Translations under genes and position numbers: made by a program
Shown here: in pieces, positions 9,524 through 18,123 of the stretch
Layout: every line of letters starts with the position of its first letter
Numbering within the stretch: position 1 is the stretch's first letter
Origin: an uncultured Defluviitaleaceae bacterium
Lineage (GTDB): Bacteria; Bacillota; Clostridia; Lachnospirales; WQUN01
Direction of reading: 5' to 3'
DNA: 61,784 nucleotides
Assembly: GCA_964621475.1 (NCBI GenBank)
Contig: CAZUNC010000001.1
Coordinates: 1-61,784, forward strand
Notes under the pieces: generated by a model
Told to the model about the DNA's origin: nothing
What the model saw: the letters and a program-made list of their open reading frames with translations, nothing else
The model's database searches: none

Positions 9524-9892
9524 ATGGCGAGACCGGAGTACGGCACGATAGACGATTACATTGCTACATGCGAGCCGAAGATACAGGAGATTTTGCAGGA
9601 AATGCGGCAGTTTATACAACAGCATGCACCGGGTGCTACGGAAAAGATATCGTGGGCGATGCCGACCTTTTATCTGAAAGGTAACCTCGTTCATTTCATG
9701 GCGCATTCGAAACATATAGGTTTCTATCCGGGTTCAAGTGGCATAGAGCATTTCGCGGCAGAGTTCGACGAAGCAGGATATAAATACTCAAAGGGCGCTG
9801 TGCAGTTTCCATTGAATAAGCCGATGCCATATGAGCTGATCGGGCGCATAGTAGATTTTAGGGTCACGGAGAATACCTCCGAGAAGATTTAG
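9524..9892 (+). CDS. DUF1801 (YdhG-like) domain protein
   Basis: 122 aa. The N-terminal IDDYIA...IQEILQEMRQFIQ pattern and the GNLVHFMAHSKHIGFYP core are typical of YdhG/DUF1801. SD AGAGGAG lies 8 nt upstream. Confidence 0.65.
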   Translation: MARPEYGTIDDYIATCEPKIQEILQEMRQFIQQHAPGATEKISWAMPTFYLKGNLVHFMAHSKHIGFYPGSSGIEHFAAEFDEAGYKYSKGAVQFPLNKPMPYELIGRIVDFRVTENTSEKI

Positions 9893-9958
9893 TACCGTTA
9901 AATATATCCTATATTATCCCTTTTTCATCTAATCATCAACGAATGATTCATAGAACCG

Positions 9959-9987
9959 TTGACGCATCGGTGTTGTAGTGCTACTAT
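9959..9987 (+). promoter_or_regulatory. Sigma-A-type promoter for the aldolase-kinase-dehydrogenase-reductase cassette
   Basis: TTGACG (9959-9964), 17-nt spacer, TACTAT (9982-9987). A 6-bp inverted repeat AATCAT-N6-ATGATT (9931-9948) lies just upstream. Confidence 0.5.
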
Positions 9988-10023
9988 GTACAAAAGTAAA
10001 ACGATTAACATAGGGGGTAACGA

Positions 10024-10914
10024 ATGGCACTGGTAAATCCGCTTTCGTTCATCACGAAGGCAAGGGAGCTTGGTGTGGCTATCGCATCGTTTAACATACA
10101 TAATCTCGAGACTGTTCAGGCCGTGATTGAGGGCGCGGAGGCCGAGCGCTGCCCTGTGATCATTCAAACGACCCCGGGCACCCTAAAGCACGCGGGTATA
10201 CCGTATATAGCCGCGATCGTAAAGGCAGCATCGGAGCTCACGGACATCCCTATCGCGCTGCATGTGGATCATTGCACGAGCTTTGAGACGATCATGCAGT
10301 GCATACGATACGGATACACCTCGGTGATGATCGATTCTGCGCATCTACCGTATGAGGAAAATGTGACGATGGTTAAAAAGGTCGTGGAGATCGGCAGGGC
10401 TGTGGGCGTATGCGTAGAGGGTGAGCTCGGACGTATAGGCGGCACGGAGGAATTGTTAAACGTGGATGAACACGACGCGGCGTTCACGGTACCGGAGGAG
10501 GCAGAGGATTTCGTTAAACAGACCGGAATAGACATACTCGCAATAGCCATAGGCACTGCGCACGGCGAGTATAAGGGTGAGCCTCATCTGGACTTCGAAA
10601 GGTTATCTGCGATACGTGGGCTCGTGGATGTGCCACTCGTATTACATGGTGCGTCGGGCGTGCCGGATTATCAGATCACGGAGTCGTTACGGCGCGGCAT
10701 TGCCAAGATTAATATAGCCACCGAGCTCAAGATACCGATGGCGCAGGCGATCTTAGACAAGCTCACTGCGAATGGTGCGCATACCTCTAAACCGGCCGAG
10801 AGTGACCCGCGTCACTATATGGGGGCAGCAAAGGACGCGGTACGTAAAGTCGTCAGAGACAAGATCCGCCTTTGCGGTGGCACGGGTCTCGCTGACAGGC
10901 TCAAACAAGGCTGA
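10024..10914 (+). CDS. Class II ketose-bisphosphate aldolase (fructose/tagatose-bisphosphate aldolase family)
   Basis: 296 aa. Motifs ALHVDHC, GELGRIGG, AIGTAHGEY, LVLHGASG. SD AGGGGG. Confidence 0.8.
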   Translation: MALVNPLSFITKARELGVAIASFNIHNLETVQAVIEGAEAERCPVIIQTTPGTLKHAGIPYIAAIVKAASELTDIPIALHVDHCTSFETIMQCIRYGYTSVMIDSAHLPYEENVTMVKKVVEIGRAVGVCVEGELGRIGGTEELLNVDEHDAAFTVPEEAEDFVKQTGIDILAIAIGTAHGEYKGEPHLDFERLSAIRGLVDVPLVLHGASGVPDYQITESLRRGIAKINIATELKIPMAQAILDKLTANGAHTSKPAESDPRHYMGAAKDAVRKVVRDKIRLCGGTGLADRLKQG

Positions 10915-10930
10915 TTCGGAGGGCTCTATT

Positions 10931-12406
10931 ATGCTCATAGGCATTGACATAGGCACATCGGCTTGCAAGGTTGCAGCATTTGATACGGAAGGGTATTGTA
11001 TAGCTGACGAGACCGTCGGCTACAGGGTATATTATCCGAGAGAGGGATATGCTGAGCAGGACCCGAACGAATGGTACGATGCGGTATGCAATGGATTAAA
11101 GCAGCTGCTTATGCGAATAGATGTAGAGAAAGTCGAGGCAATAGGGATAGATGGGCAGAGCTGGTCGTGCATACCGGTCGACCGGGACGGAAATGTATTA
11201 CACAACACGCCGATATGGTTCGACATGCGCGCAACCAACGAATGCGAGTGGATAGATGAACACATCGGTGCGGATGCTGTGTTTAATATTTCGAAAAACC
11301 CTGTAAAGCCCTCTTACACAACCCCCAAAGCACTCTGGTTTCGAAGCAATATGCCCGAGATATATCGCAATACATATAAATTTCTACAGAGTAACGCGTA
11401 TATCGTATACAAGCTCACGGGTGTGTTTACGCAGGATAAATCTCAGGGTTACGGGCACTTCTTCTACGATATGGAAAACGGACGTTATGATGCAGACTTG
11501 ACCGAGAGGCTGGGGCTTGATCTCAATAAATTTCCTTGCGATGCAAACACCAGTCTTACGAATTGCCATGCGGTTGTTGGCGAGGTCACGCGCAGGGCAG
11601 CTGAGGAAACAGGGCTTAAGCCCGGCATACCGGTGGTTGCGGGTGGATTGGATGCTGCATGCGGTACACTTGGAGCCGGGGTATTCAAGACTGGACAAAC
11701 ACAGGAGCAGGGCGGTCAAGCCGGTGGTATGAGCATTTGCACAGACAATGCGCTCGCGCACAACGCTCTTATTCTAAGCAACCATGTCGTGCCCGGATAT
11801 TGGCTGCTTCAGGGCGGCACGGTCGCGGGTGGTGGTGGGCTAAAATGGTTCCGTGAGCAGTTTGCGGACGGGGGCTTTGATGAGATCAACGGTTTAGCAG
11901 GGTCTGTACCCCCGGCTTCGGATGGTATGATCTTTCTACCATATATGAACGGTGAACGTTCGCCGATATGGGATCCGAATGCAAAAGGTGTATATTACGG
12001 TATCGGCTTTTCGAAGACCAAAGGACATTTCGCACGGGCAACGATGGAAGGCACTGCTTATGCATTGCGTCACAATCTCGAGACCGCCGAACAGGTCGGC
12101 GCACGCGTGGAGCTCATGCATGCTATAGGCGGGGCCTGTAACAGCGTGCTCTGGATGCATATGAAAGCTGATATTACAGGCGTGCCTATAAAGACCGTAG
12201 ATAACGACAACGCGACTGCGCTCGGCGCGGCCATGCTCGGTGGGGTTGGAGCGGGTATATACAAGGATTTCGAAGAAGCTGTTTCACGCTGTGTGAGATT
12301 TAAGGACAGCTACGAGCCCAATGCAACGAATGCGGAGATATACAACCGCGCATATGACAAATTTAGGCGTATCTATGAGGCGTTGAAGGAGGAGATGAGC
12401 CGATGA
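10931..12406 (+). CDS. FGGY-family carbohydrate kinase (xylulokinase-like)
   Basis: N-terminus MLIGIDIGTSACKVAAF (actin-fold phosphate-1), GGLDAACG, GGACNSVLWMHMKADI. The true start, ATG 10931, lies behind GGAGGG. The track ORF start 10772 is an extension overlapping the aldolase gene. Confidence 0.85.
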   Translation: MLIGIDIGTSACKVAAFDTEGYCIADETVGYRVYYPREGYAEQDPNEWYDAVCNGLKQLLMRIDVEKVEAIGIDGQSWSCIPVDRDGNVLHNTPIWFDMRATNECEWIDEHIGADAVFNISKNPVKPSYTTPKALWFRSNMPEIYRNTYKFLQSNAYIVYKLTGVFTQDKSQGYGHFFYDMENGRYDADLTERLGLDLNKFPCDANTSLTNCHAVVGEVTRRAAEETGLKPGIPVVAGGLDAACGTLGAGVFKTGQTQEQGGQAGGMSICTDNALAHNALILSNHVVPGYWLLQGGTVAGGGGLKWFREQFADGGFDEINGLAGSVPPASDGMIFLPYMNGERSPIWDPNAKGVYYGIGFSKTKGHFARATMEGTAYALRHNLETAEQVGARVELMHAIGGACNSVLWMHMKADITGVPIKTVDNDNATALGAAMLGGVGAGIYKDFEEAVSRCVRFKDSYEPNATNAEIYNRAYDKFRRIYEALKEEMSR

Positions 12407-13431
12407 GGATGATGAAGGCGGGTATTTTACACGCAAAGGGCGATATCGGCGTGGGTGAAATGCCGATACCTGAGATATCGGATAACGAGGTGCTCGTGCA
12501 CGTAAAAGCGACAGGCATCTGCGGCAGTGATTTGCCACGTGTGCTCGGTGATGCGGCGCATTTTTATCCGATCGTGCTCGGACATGAATTCGCCGGTGAG
12601 ATAGCCGAGATAGGTAAAAATGTGCAGGGATTTGAGATAGGTGACCGGGTATCGGGTGCACCGTTGATCCCGTGCCTGAAATGTGAGGACTGTCAAAATG
12701 GGGATTACTCACTATGCAAGCATTATACCTTCGTGGGTTCACGGATACAGGGTAGCTTCGCCGAATACGTAAAGCTCCCCGCGATCAACGCGATCAAATT
12801 CGACTACTCGATACCGTTTAAACAGGCCGCGTTCTTTGAACCATCGACGGTGGCTATACATGGCCTCAAATGTGCGGGCTACAAGGGTGGCTGTGATGTA
12901 GCGGTATTGGGTGGCGGTACGATAGGTTTATTTACGATGCAGTGGGCAAAGATATTCGGCGCGAAGACCGTTACCGTTTTTGATATCTCCGACGAACGCC
13001 TAACCCTTGCGAAAAAACTCGGTGCTGATGTAACGGTGAACACAGCGAACTGTGAAACCACAGGGCGTTATAACTATGTATTCGAAACAGCCGGGCAGAC
13101 TGCAACGATGCAACAGGCGTTCGATTTAGCGGGTAATAAGGCCTCTGTATGCTTTATCGGCACACCACATAAGGATTTGACCTTTACGCCTCGTCAGTGG
13201 GAGAACATGAATAGGAAGGAATTCCGGCTCACAGGCTCATGGATGAGTTATTCCGCGCCGTTTCCGGGTGATGAATGGAGCCTTACCGCACATTATTTTA
13301 GCACGGGTCAGTTGAAGTTCGATGAGAGCATGATATTTAAGACCTTCAGCCTCGATGATATAGATAAAGCGTTTGCACTGTTTAGCAATCCGTCCGAAGT
13401 CAAGGGTAAGGTCATGTTATTAAACGCATAA
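12403..13431 (+). CDS. Zinc-dependent polyol/alcohol dehydrogenase (MDR family, sorbitol / galactitol-1-P dehydrogenase-like)
   Basis: GICGSDL, GHEFAGE, structural-Zn Cys cluster CLKCEDCQNGDYSLC, Rossmann GGGTIG. ATGA overlap with the kinase gene. Confidence 0.8.
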   Translation: MRMMKAGILHAKGDIGVGEMPIPEISDNEVLVHVKATGICGSDLPRVLGDAAHFYPIVLGHEFAGEIAEIGKNVQGFEIGDRVSGAPLIPCLKCEDCQNGDYSLCKHYTFVGSRIQGSFAEYVKLPAINAIKFDYSIPFKQAAFFEPSTVAIHGLKCAGYKGGCDVAVLGGGTIGLFTMQWAKIFGAKTVTVFDISDERLTLAKKLGADVTVNTANCETTGRYNYVFETAGQTATMQQAFDLAGNKASVCFIGTPHKDLTFTPRQWENMNRKEFRLTGSWMSYSAPFPGDEWSLTAHYFSTGQLKFDESMIFKTFSLDDIDKAFALFSNPSEVKGKVMLLNA

Positions 13432-13472
13432 ATGCGTAAACGCATAAATGCGTTAATGAGTAGGGGGAGATT

Positions 13473-14456
13473 ATGTTGATCACGTTATATAACGGCGAGC
13501 GCATGCCGTGTATTGGTATGGGTACGTTTGGTTCGGATAGGTTTACTCCGGATCAGGTATCGGCGGCTGTGGCCGGCGCGATACGTTGCGGTTACAGACT
13601 GTTTGACTGTGCGGCGATCTATGGTAACGAGGACTTGATCGGGAGGGTGTATGATGACGCGATCAAGGAAGGTGTCGTGAAGCGTGAGGAATTGTTCATT
13701 ACATCTAAGGTATGGAACGACATGCACGGCAACGGAGATGTGCTCTTAAGCTGTGCAAAGACACTGCGCGACTTGAGGATCTCATATGTAGACATGTATT
13801 TTGTGCATTGGCCGTTTCCAAATTATCATGCGCCGGGTTGTGACGGAGACAGCCGCAATCCCGACTCAAAACCGTTTTCGGTCGAGGAATTCATGAATAC
13901 CTGGCGGCAGATGGAAAGGCTTGCGGACATGGGGCTCGTACGTCACCTCGGCATGTCAAACATGACAATACCAAAGCTTCAGGCTGTCTTGCCATTGTGC
14001 AGGATCAAACCCGCTGCAATAGAGATGGAGCTGCACCCAAGCTTCCAGCAGCCCGAGCTGTTTAAATACTGCGTAGACAGAAGGATACAACCGATTGGTT
14101 TTTGCCCGATAGGCTCACCGACACGCCCAGAAAGAGACAAGACACCTGATGATATTGTAGATATTCAGATGCCCGAGGTTGTGGAGATAGCGCGTGCGCA
14201 TAATGTGCATCCTGCTATTGTCTGCCTGAAATGGGCTGTGCAAAGGGGTCAGGTACCGATACCATTCTCGGTTTATGAAAACGAGTACAAAAGCAATTTA
14301 CGCTGTGTGACTGAGGATCCGCTCACAGAGGCTGAAATGGCAACACTCGTAAAGGCCGATAGGGATTGCCGCCTCATAAAGGGTCAAGTGTTCCTATGGG
14401 AGGGTGCAAAGGACTGGACAGATCTCTGGGATCTGGACGGGACGATCACACAATAA
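13473..14456 (+). CDS. Aldo/keto reductase
   Basis: 327 aa. MGTFG, FDCAAIYGNE, FITSKVW, VHWP, GMSNM. SD AGGGGGAG. Confidence 0.8.
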   Translation: MLITLYNGERMPCIGMGTFGSDRFTPDQVSAAVAGAIRCGYRLFDCAAIYGNEDLIGRVYDDAIKEGVVKREELFITSKVWNDMHGNGDVLLSCAKTLRDLRISYVDMYFVHWPFPNYHAPGCDGDSRNPDSKPFSVEEFMNTWRQMERLADMGLVRHLGMSNMTIPKLQAVLPLCRIKPAAIEMELHPSFQQPELFKYCVDRRIQPIGFCPIGSPTRPERDKTPDDIVDIQMPEVVEIARAHNVHPAIVCLKWAVQRGQVPIPFSVYENEYKSNLRCVTEDPLTEAEMATLVKADRDCRLIKGQVFLWEGAKDWTDLWDLDGTITQ

Positions 14457-14462
14457 AATAAT

Positions 14463-14510
14463 AAAGCCTTATGACCGGCACGGTTTGTTGTGCTGGGGTC
14501 ATAAGGCTTT
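14463..14510. terminator. Bidirectional rho-independent terminator between convergent genes
   Basis: Perfect 14-bp stem AAAGCCTTATGACC / GGTCATAAGGCTTT, flanked by A-run and T-run. Confidence 0.8.
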
Positions 14511-14511
14511 G

Positions 14512-14811
14512 TTAATTTTCAATTTTTGTATTAATACCATCAATGACTTTATATACCCTTGATTCGTTTATTGCCATTTTTTTATTTACTTCTTCACCAA
14601 GATCAATGCCTGATATTTCTGCCAAGCCGAGTAGATAAATTGCGATATCAGCTAATTCAGACCCTAATTCATTGTCTTTTTTGCGCCAAGATTCATATGC
14701 TTCCGCAATCTCGCCATACAAGTAGCAAAACTCTTGGTTAATATCCGTCACATTAAACCCTTTATTGACTTTATTAGCATATATGCGTTTTTGAATATCC
14801 AGTGTGTCCAT
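14512..14811 (-). CDS. MazG-like nucleotide pyrophosphohydrolase (small all-helical type)
   Basis: About 99 aa. EFCYLYGEIAEAYESWRK and ELADIAIYLLGLAE helices resemble the MazG/dimeric-dUTPase-fold EExxE/D metal motifs. ATG 14811 is 11 nt after GGAG; the track ORF starts at GTG 14823. Confidence 0.65.
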   Translation of the reverse strand: MDTLDIQKRIYANKVNKGFNVTDINQEFCYLYGEIAEAYESWRKKDNELGSELADIAIYLLGLAEISGIDLGEEVNKKMAINESRVYKVIDGINTKIEN

Positions 14812-14912
14812 TTGATTCTTCACTCCTGTATGAAGTTAAATAACGGTTTTCCCAGCACCTATGACTATTTTAAAAAAACTCAACCCCTTTCATTTCGCTA
14901 TTTCAATTAACT

Positions 14913-15851
14913 CTATATTATCCATTCTGCCTCTTTGAGCATTTTCGAGGTGCGTTCAATGTCAAAGCCGCGAACGGTGTTGATTTCAGTATCACGAGGA
15001 TTCATGCCGAATTCTGCATACAGCTGGTTCACGCCACCAAGCAATGGCATCATCATAGGCTCGTGTACATTCATTGAAACAGCAGGTCGTGTCACCAAAT
15101 TAGTAACAGCAGCGATCTTAGTCAATTCTAATTCCGTAATATCACCAATAGCATGGTATTTGGTACCCGGAACGCCGACACGGCGCATCACGGCCATATA
15201 CCTGACATTGTAGTCACGGGCACGAAGCATTTCGTCTGCTATCTGTTCGTATGTATGCTCAGGTCCGATAGGTTCAACGCAATAGTAAAGCTCTAATCCT
15301 GCGTCACGGATAGAGTCTAAGGTTGCGATCCTATCCTCTGCACTTATATCCGTATCAATGCCCTCGTTTATGCGCACGATGTGATACACGCCTGTTACAC
15401 CTGCATCCTTCATACGTTGCGCGAAAGGAAGATCAAAATCTCCGATATTGGCTACAAGCGCGACGTCAGACGGGATAACCTTTTTTACTTCCGTACATAT
15501 TGTTAGAAACTTATTCTTGTCGTAGTCGGCCGTGGTCATTAGGAACAGTGCGGCTATATTGTGACTGGTAATATATTTTGCCTGCTCTTTGATATCCTCT
15601 AAGGTTTTTTCGGTCTCGGTATCCACCGAGTAGCCATCCTTGGCGAGCGAACAAAATTTACAGTTGCCACTGCACTTTGAGGAGTTAATGCCGATTTGTG
15701 CGAAAATATATCCCTTGTTTTCGAATTCCTTCCTTGATAATGCGTTACTTTTTTCTATCAAAGCATAAAACTCAGGAGATTTTGTAGAGATATTTAATAG
15801 CTCCACTGCATCTGATTTTGTGAGGAAATCCTTATTAATGATATGGTTCAT
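14913..15851 (-). CDS. Radical SAM enzyme, BioB/PylB/HydE/ThiH-like subgroup
   Basis: CX3CX2C motif CSGNCKFC about 60 aa from the N-terminus, with a TIM-barrel-like alternation afterwards. Start uncertain: ATG 15851 (AAAGGAG upstream) or the track start 15995, which overlaps the GNAT gene stop by 4 nt. Confidence 0.75.
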   Translation of the reverse strand: MNHIINKDFLTKSDAVELLNISTKSPEFYALIEKSNALSRKEFENKGYIFAQIGINSSKCSGNCKFCSLAKDGYSVDTETEKTLEDIKEQAKYITSHNIAALFLMTTADYDKNKFLTICTEVKKVIPSDVALVANIGDFDLPFAQRMKDAGVTGVYHIVRINEGIDTDISAEDRIATLDSIRDAGLELYYCVEPIGPEHTYEQIADEMLRARDYNVRYMAVMRRVGVPGTKYHAIGDITELELTKIAAVTNLVTRPAVSMNVHEPMMMPLLGGVNQLYAEFGMNPRDTEINTVRGFDIERTSKMLKEAEWII

Positions 15852-15991
15852 AATGTCATGTACTCCTTTTCGAATGGTATATCTGATATTATGACCCCAA
15901 CATTCTTTAGCGTATAGTAAATAATTTTGTATTTTTGCATTTTTCTCAACATTATGTAAAACCACGTTAGCGAAGATCTTTAAGCGCAATA

Positions 15992-16825
15992 TCAAATCTG
16001 TAGTAAATACGAATGACCATTAACCTCCATGCCGTATTTCTTATAAAACGCCTGGCCCTTTTCATTCCAATCCACAGCATACAGATATGCATAATCGTTA
16101 TCTGTGTGTTCAAATACCATATCTATCGCTCGGTTCAATATTATGCTGCCATATCCATTTCGCTGATGCTTTGGTGAGACTGCCATAATATCGATCTCTG
16201 CGTTCTTTCGCCAGTACAGGCCTACTAATTCATCGCCTTTCCAAAAGGCCTCAAACGAATGATTATAGCTGCGCTCCTCTAGATGCTTCATGCAGTCATC
16301 CTTGTTCCCTCTAAAATTAGGCGGTGGCGAGACAAATGTCATGGATTCATCCAGAAGCAGTAGGTATGCGTCGATATATGCCGATTCGTATGGCTTTATC
16401 GTCAAAATCTGATCATCTCTTTTGATATGGTTTTCTCGGCGCATAATGAATTCGATAGACGCGTAATCGTGCTCACCATCAGCTATTGTATTGAATGTCT
16501 GCTTAATATAGCTAATGATCCTACGATTGTCATTCCAAATCCATATAGTTGCAGATGATTTATTTGATTTATGTAAAGCCTCATTTATTGAATATCCAAT
16601 TTCATTATTGTATATATCTGTGTCTTCGTTACACGCGATGTGTAGACGTAGGTTGTCCTCAAAAATACAAGCTGAAAACACCACGTCAGACTTACCTTCA
16701 CCAAATATCTTGAATTCTACTTGGTTGGGGGTATTTATATTTTCCAGGAATACATTTCGCTCGCCACTGTCTATTTTCCCTATTAATAATGAGGCAAAGT
16801 CAATATCTGTTTGTGTAATGTGCAT
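15992..16825 (-). CDS. GNAT-family N-acetyltransferase with an additional N-terminal domain
   Basis: C-terminal half has the GNAT acetyl-CoA loop (IMAVSPKHQRNGYGSIILNRAI...FYKKYGM). The N-terminal ~140 aa are unassigned. ATG 16825 is 6 nt after GGAG. Confidence 0.7.
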   Translation of the reverse strand: MHITQTDIDFASLLIGKIDSGERNVFLENINTPNQVEFKIFGEGKSDVVFSACIFEDNLRLHIACNEDTDIYNNEIGYSINEALHKSNKSSATIWIWNDNRRIISYIKQTFNTIADGEHDYASIEFIMRRENHIKRDDQILTIKPYESAYIDAYLLLLDESMTFVSPPPNFRGNKDDCMKHLEERSYNHSFEAFWKGDELVGLYWRKNAEIDIMAVSPKHQRNGYGSIILNRAIDMVFEHTDNDYAYLYAVDWNEKGQAFYKKYGMEVNGHSYLLQI

Positions 16826-16955
16826 GTTTGACTCCATTCTCTTCGTTAAGTTAAATCATTTATAGCACAAAAGTAATAATTTTTCAATGATATATGGTTT
16901 AATATACTCATATATGTAAAGTCTGTAATTCAATATTACATTTATAGGGGGATTT

Positions 16956-18065
16956 ATGAACAGAATCGAAATGGTAAAAACTTACGCACAGGGTATCATT
17001 TCTGCTATTCGTGATGAAAGGGATAAGGCAAACGCGTACGCTCATACATATGGTGTCGCGGCATGTTGCTCACTACTGGCGGCGAAGCGTGGGATGAACA
17101 CAGAGATCACAAGTATCATGGGTCTCTTGCATGATCTGTATAGCTATAAGCTGAATAGTTATATGTGCCACCAGCACAGTGGGTCTGAGATGATACGTGT
17201 TACGTTTAAGCGCGAGTGGCCTGATATATTTACAGATCAGGAGAAGCAGATCATTCTGTCGGCGATACATCACCACGGCGACAAGACGCATGTCCATGAT
17301 GATTATGACGAAATACTTAAGGATGCGGACATATTGGATCCCTTTTTGCGAAATGGATGTCTACGAGTTTTTAACCTCGCGTTGCCAAGGCTTGAGCATA
17401 TGTTAAAGGAGATAGGGATATCCTCTTCACCCGTAGCATTTATCGAAACCGAGCAAGATGACGAGCCGGATGTTAAAGTTACGGACAAACGAACAATGCT
17501 TGCAGACATCGCACAGAGGCTTGCGGGTAAGCATATTGTAGGGGAGCTTACGGATACGGAGTTTTTAGGGATCATCAAGTATTTTCCGGAGGACAATGCG
17601 TACGATGATCTCAAATCAGCTTGGTGTGCAGCTTTTGTATATCATTGCTGTGTGGTGGCGGGCTTTGAGCTGCCGATAAAGCCTGCGCGTAACACGTTAC
17701 GTCTGGCTTGTGTAAATGCGTGGCATGAATGGGCAGAAGCGCAGGGCTTTTGCCATCCTGCATCTCGAGACTTTGAGCCCGAGCGTGGCGATATTGTGAT
17801 ATATAACGATGTTATTCCGCATGGGAACAAGCCGGAGGGGGTTGTATTTTGTGATCATATCGGAGTGGTGTTATTAGCTGATGAGGGTTATATAATCGCA
17901 GCCGAGGGTAATTTAGATAATAACAATATATCGGGCATCGTTAAACGTAAACGGGATGTCTCGATTGGCAACTATATTAGGATACCGAATGATTATAATT
18001 ACAACGGAGGGAGGTATGATTACAAGACCGGTGAGTTACGCGTGGAAAAATATGAAACAAAATAA
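16956..18065 (+). CDS. HD-domain phosphohydrolase fused to a CHAP (papain-fold amidase/peptidase) domain; cytoplasmic
   Basis: N-terminal half: H...HD (GLLHDLYSY), HHHGD, KDADILD. C-terminal half: Cys in SAWCAAFVYH, His in FCDHIGVV, then AAEGN. No signal peptide or TM segment. SD AGGGGGA. Confidence 0.7.
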   Translation: MNRIEMVKTYAQGIISAIRDERDKANAYAHTYGVAACCSLLAAKRGMNTEITSIMGLLHDLYSYKLNSYMCHQHSGSEMIRVTFKREWPDIFTDQEKQIILSAIHHHGDKTHVHDDYDEILKDADILDPFLRNGCLRVFNLALPRLEHMLKEIGISSSPVAFIETEQDDEPDVKVTDKRTMLADIAQRLAGKHIVGELTDTEFLGIIKYFPEDNAYDDLKSAWCAAFVYHCCVVAGFELPIKPARNTLRLACVNAWHEWAEAQGFCHPASRDFEPERGDIVIYNDVIPHGNKPEGVVFCDHIGVVLLADEGYIIAAEGNLDNNNISGIVKRKRDVSIGNYIRIPNDYNYNGGRYDYKTGELRVEKYETK

Positions 18066-18123
18066 CCTAAGAATCCGTCATATGTATAGAGTTCAGTAAA
18101 CACCAGAATAAAAGGAGGATATT

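Noticed and set aside
10772-10930. 5' extension of the FGGY kinase ORF in the track (53 extra codons)
   Set aside because: It overlaps the 3' end of the aldolase gene in another frame. The canonical kinase N-terminus MLIGIDIGTS begins at ATG 10931 directly behind GGAGGG.
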